Part shown: one piece after another, positions 63,889-64,000 of the stretch
Numbering within the stretch: position 1 is the stretch's first letter
How the letters are laid out: every line of letters starts with the position of its first letter
Notes under the pieces: generated by a model
Databases searched by the model: none
What the model was told of the DNA's origin: nothing
Seen by the model: the letters and a program-made list of their open reading frames with translations, nothing else
NCBI RefSeq assembly: GCF_009914755.1
Contig: NC_060928.1
From: the human T2T-CHM13v2.0 reference genome, Homo sapiens
DNA: 64,000 nt
Direction: 5' to 3' (one strand)
Made by a program: the position numbers and the translations under genes

Positions 63889-64000
63889 CAGTTGACTTTT
63901 GAACAATGTGGAGGTTATGGGCACTGATTCCCATACAGTCGAAAATCCATGTATAACTTTTGACTTCCCACATACTTAACTAATAATAGCTCACTGTTGA
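63889..64000. mobile_element. Terminus of a Tigger2-family DNA transposon (runs off the window)
   Basis: cagttgacttttgaacaa...cagtcgaaaatccatgtataacttttgact. Confidence 0.85.

Overview
This is primate (human-like) genomic DNA, AT-rich and dominated by transposable-element remnants. It contains one recognisable protein-coding exon: the last exon of GBA3 (cytosolic beta-glucosidase, glycoside hydrolase family 1) on the + strand at 46462-46664, with its 3' UTR and poly(A) signals near 47276-47294. The supplied ORF track misses this exon because it has no start codon of its own. Positions 1-46461 are therefore most simply the long final intron of GBA3, and 47.3-64 kb is downstream sequence. The haplotype has TAT (Tyr) at codon 456, the full-length allele at the known Y456X site. 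The rest is 10 Alus (9 antisense to GBA3), many L1/L2/MIR fragments, an ERV9 LTR12 solo LTR, five MLT2 LTRs, several THE1/MST/MLT1 LTRs and two Tigger elements. I found no evidence for a novel multi-gene system. The best leads are (1) a templated-insertion scar at 44309-44494 built from an inverted local copy plus a copy of sequence 2.56 kb upstream, and (2) a sense MLT2A1 LTR with a duplicated core promoter and an intact splice donor 5 kb upstream of the GBA3 last exon, where splicing would open a 110-codon alternative-frame ORF. Repeat subfamily names are from recalled consensus sequences and need RepeatMasker confirmation; boundaries of old repeats are approximate.
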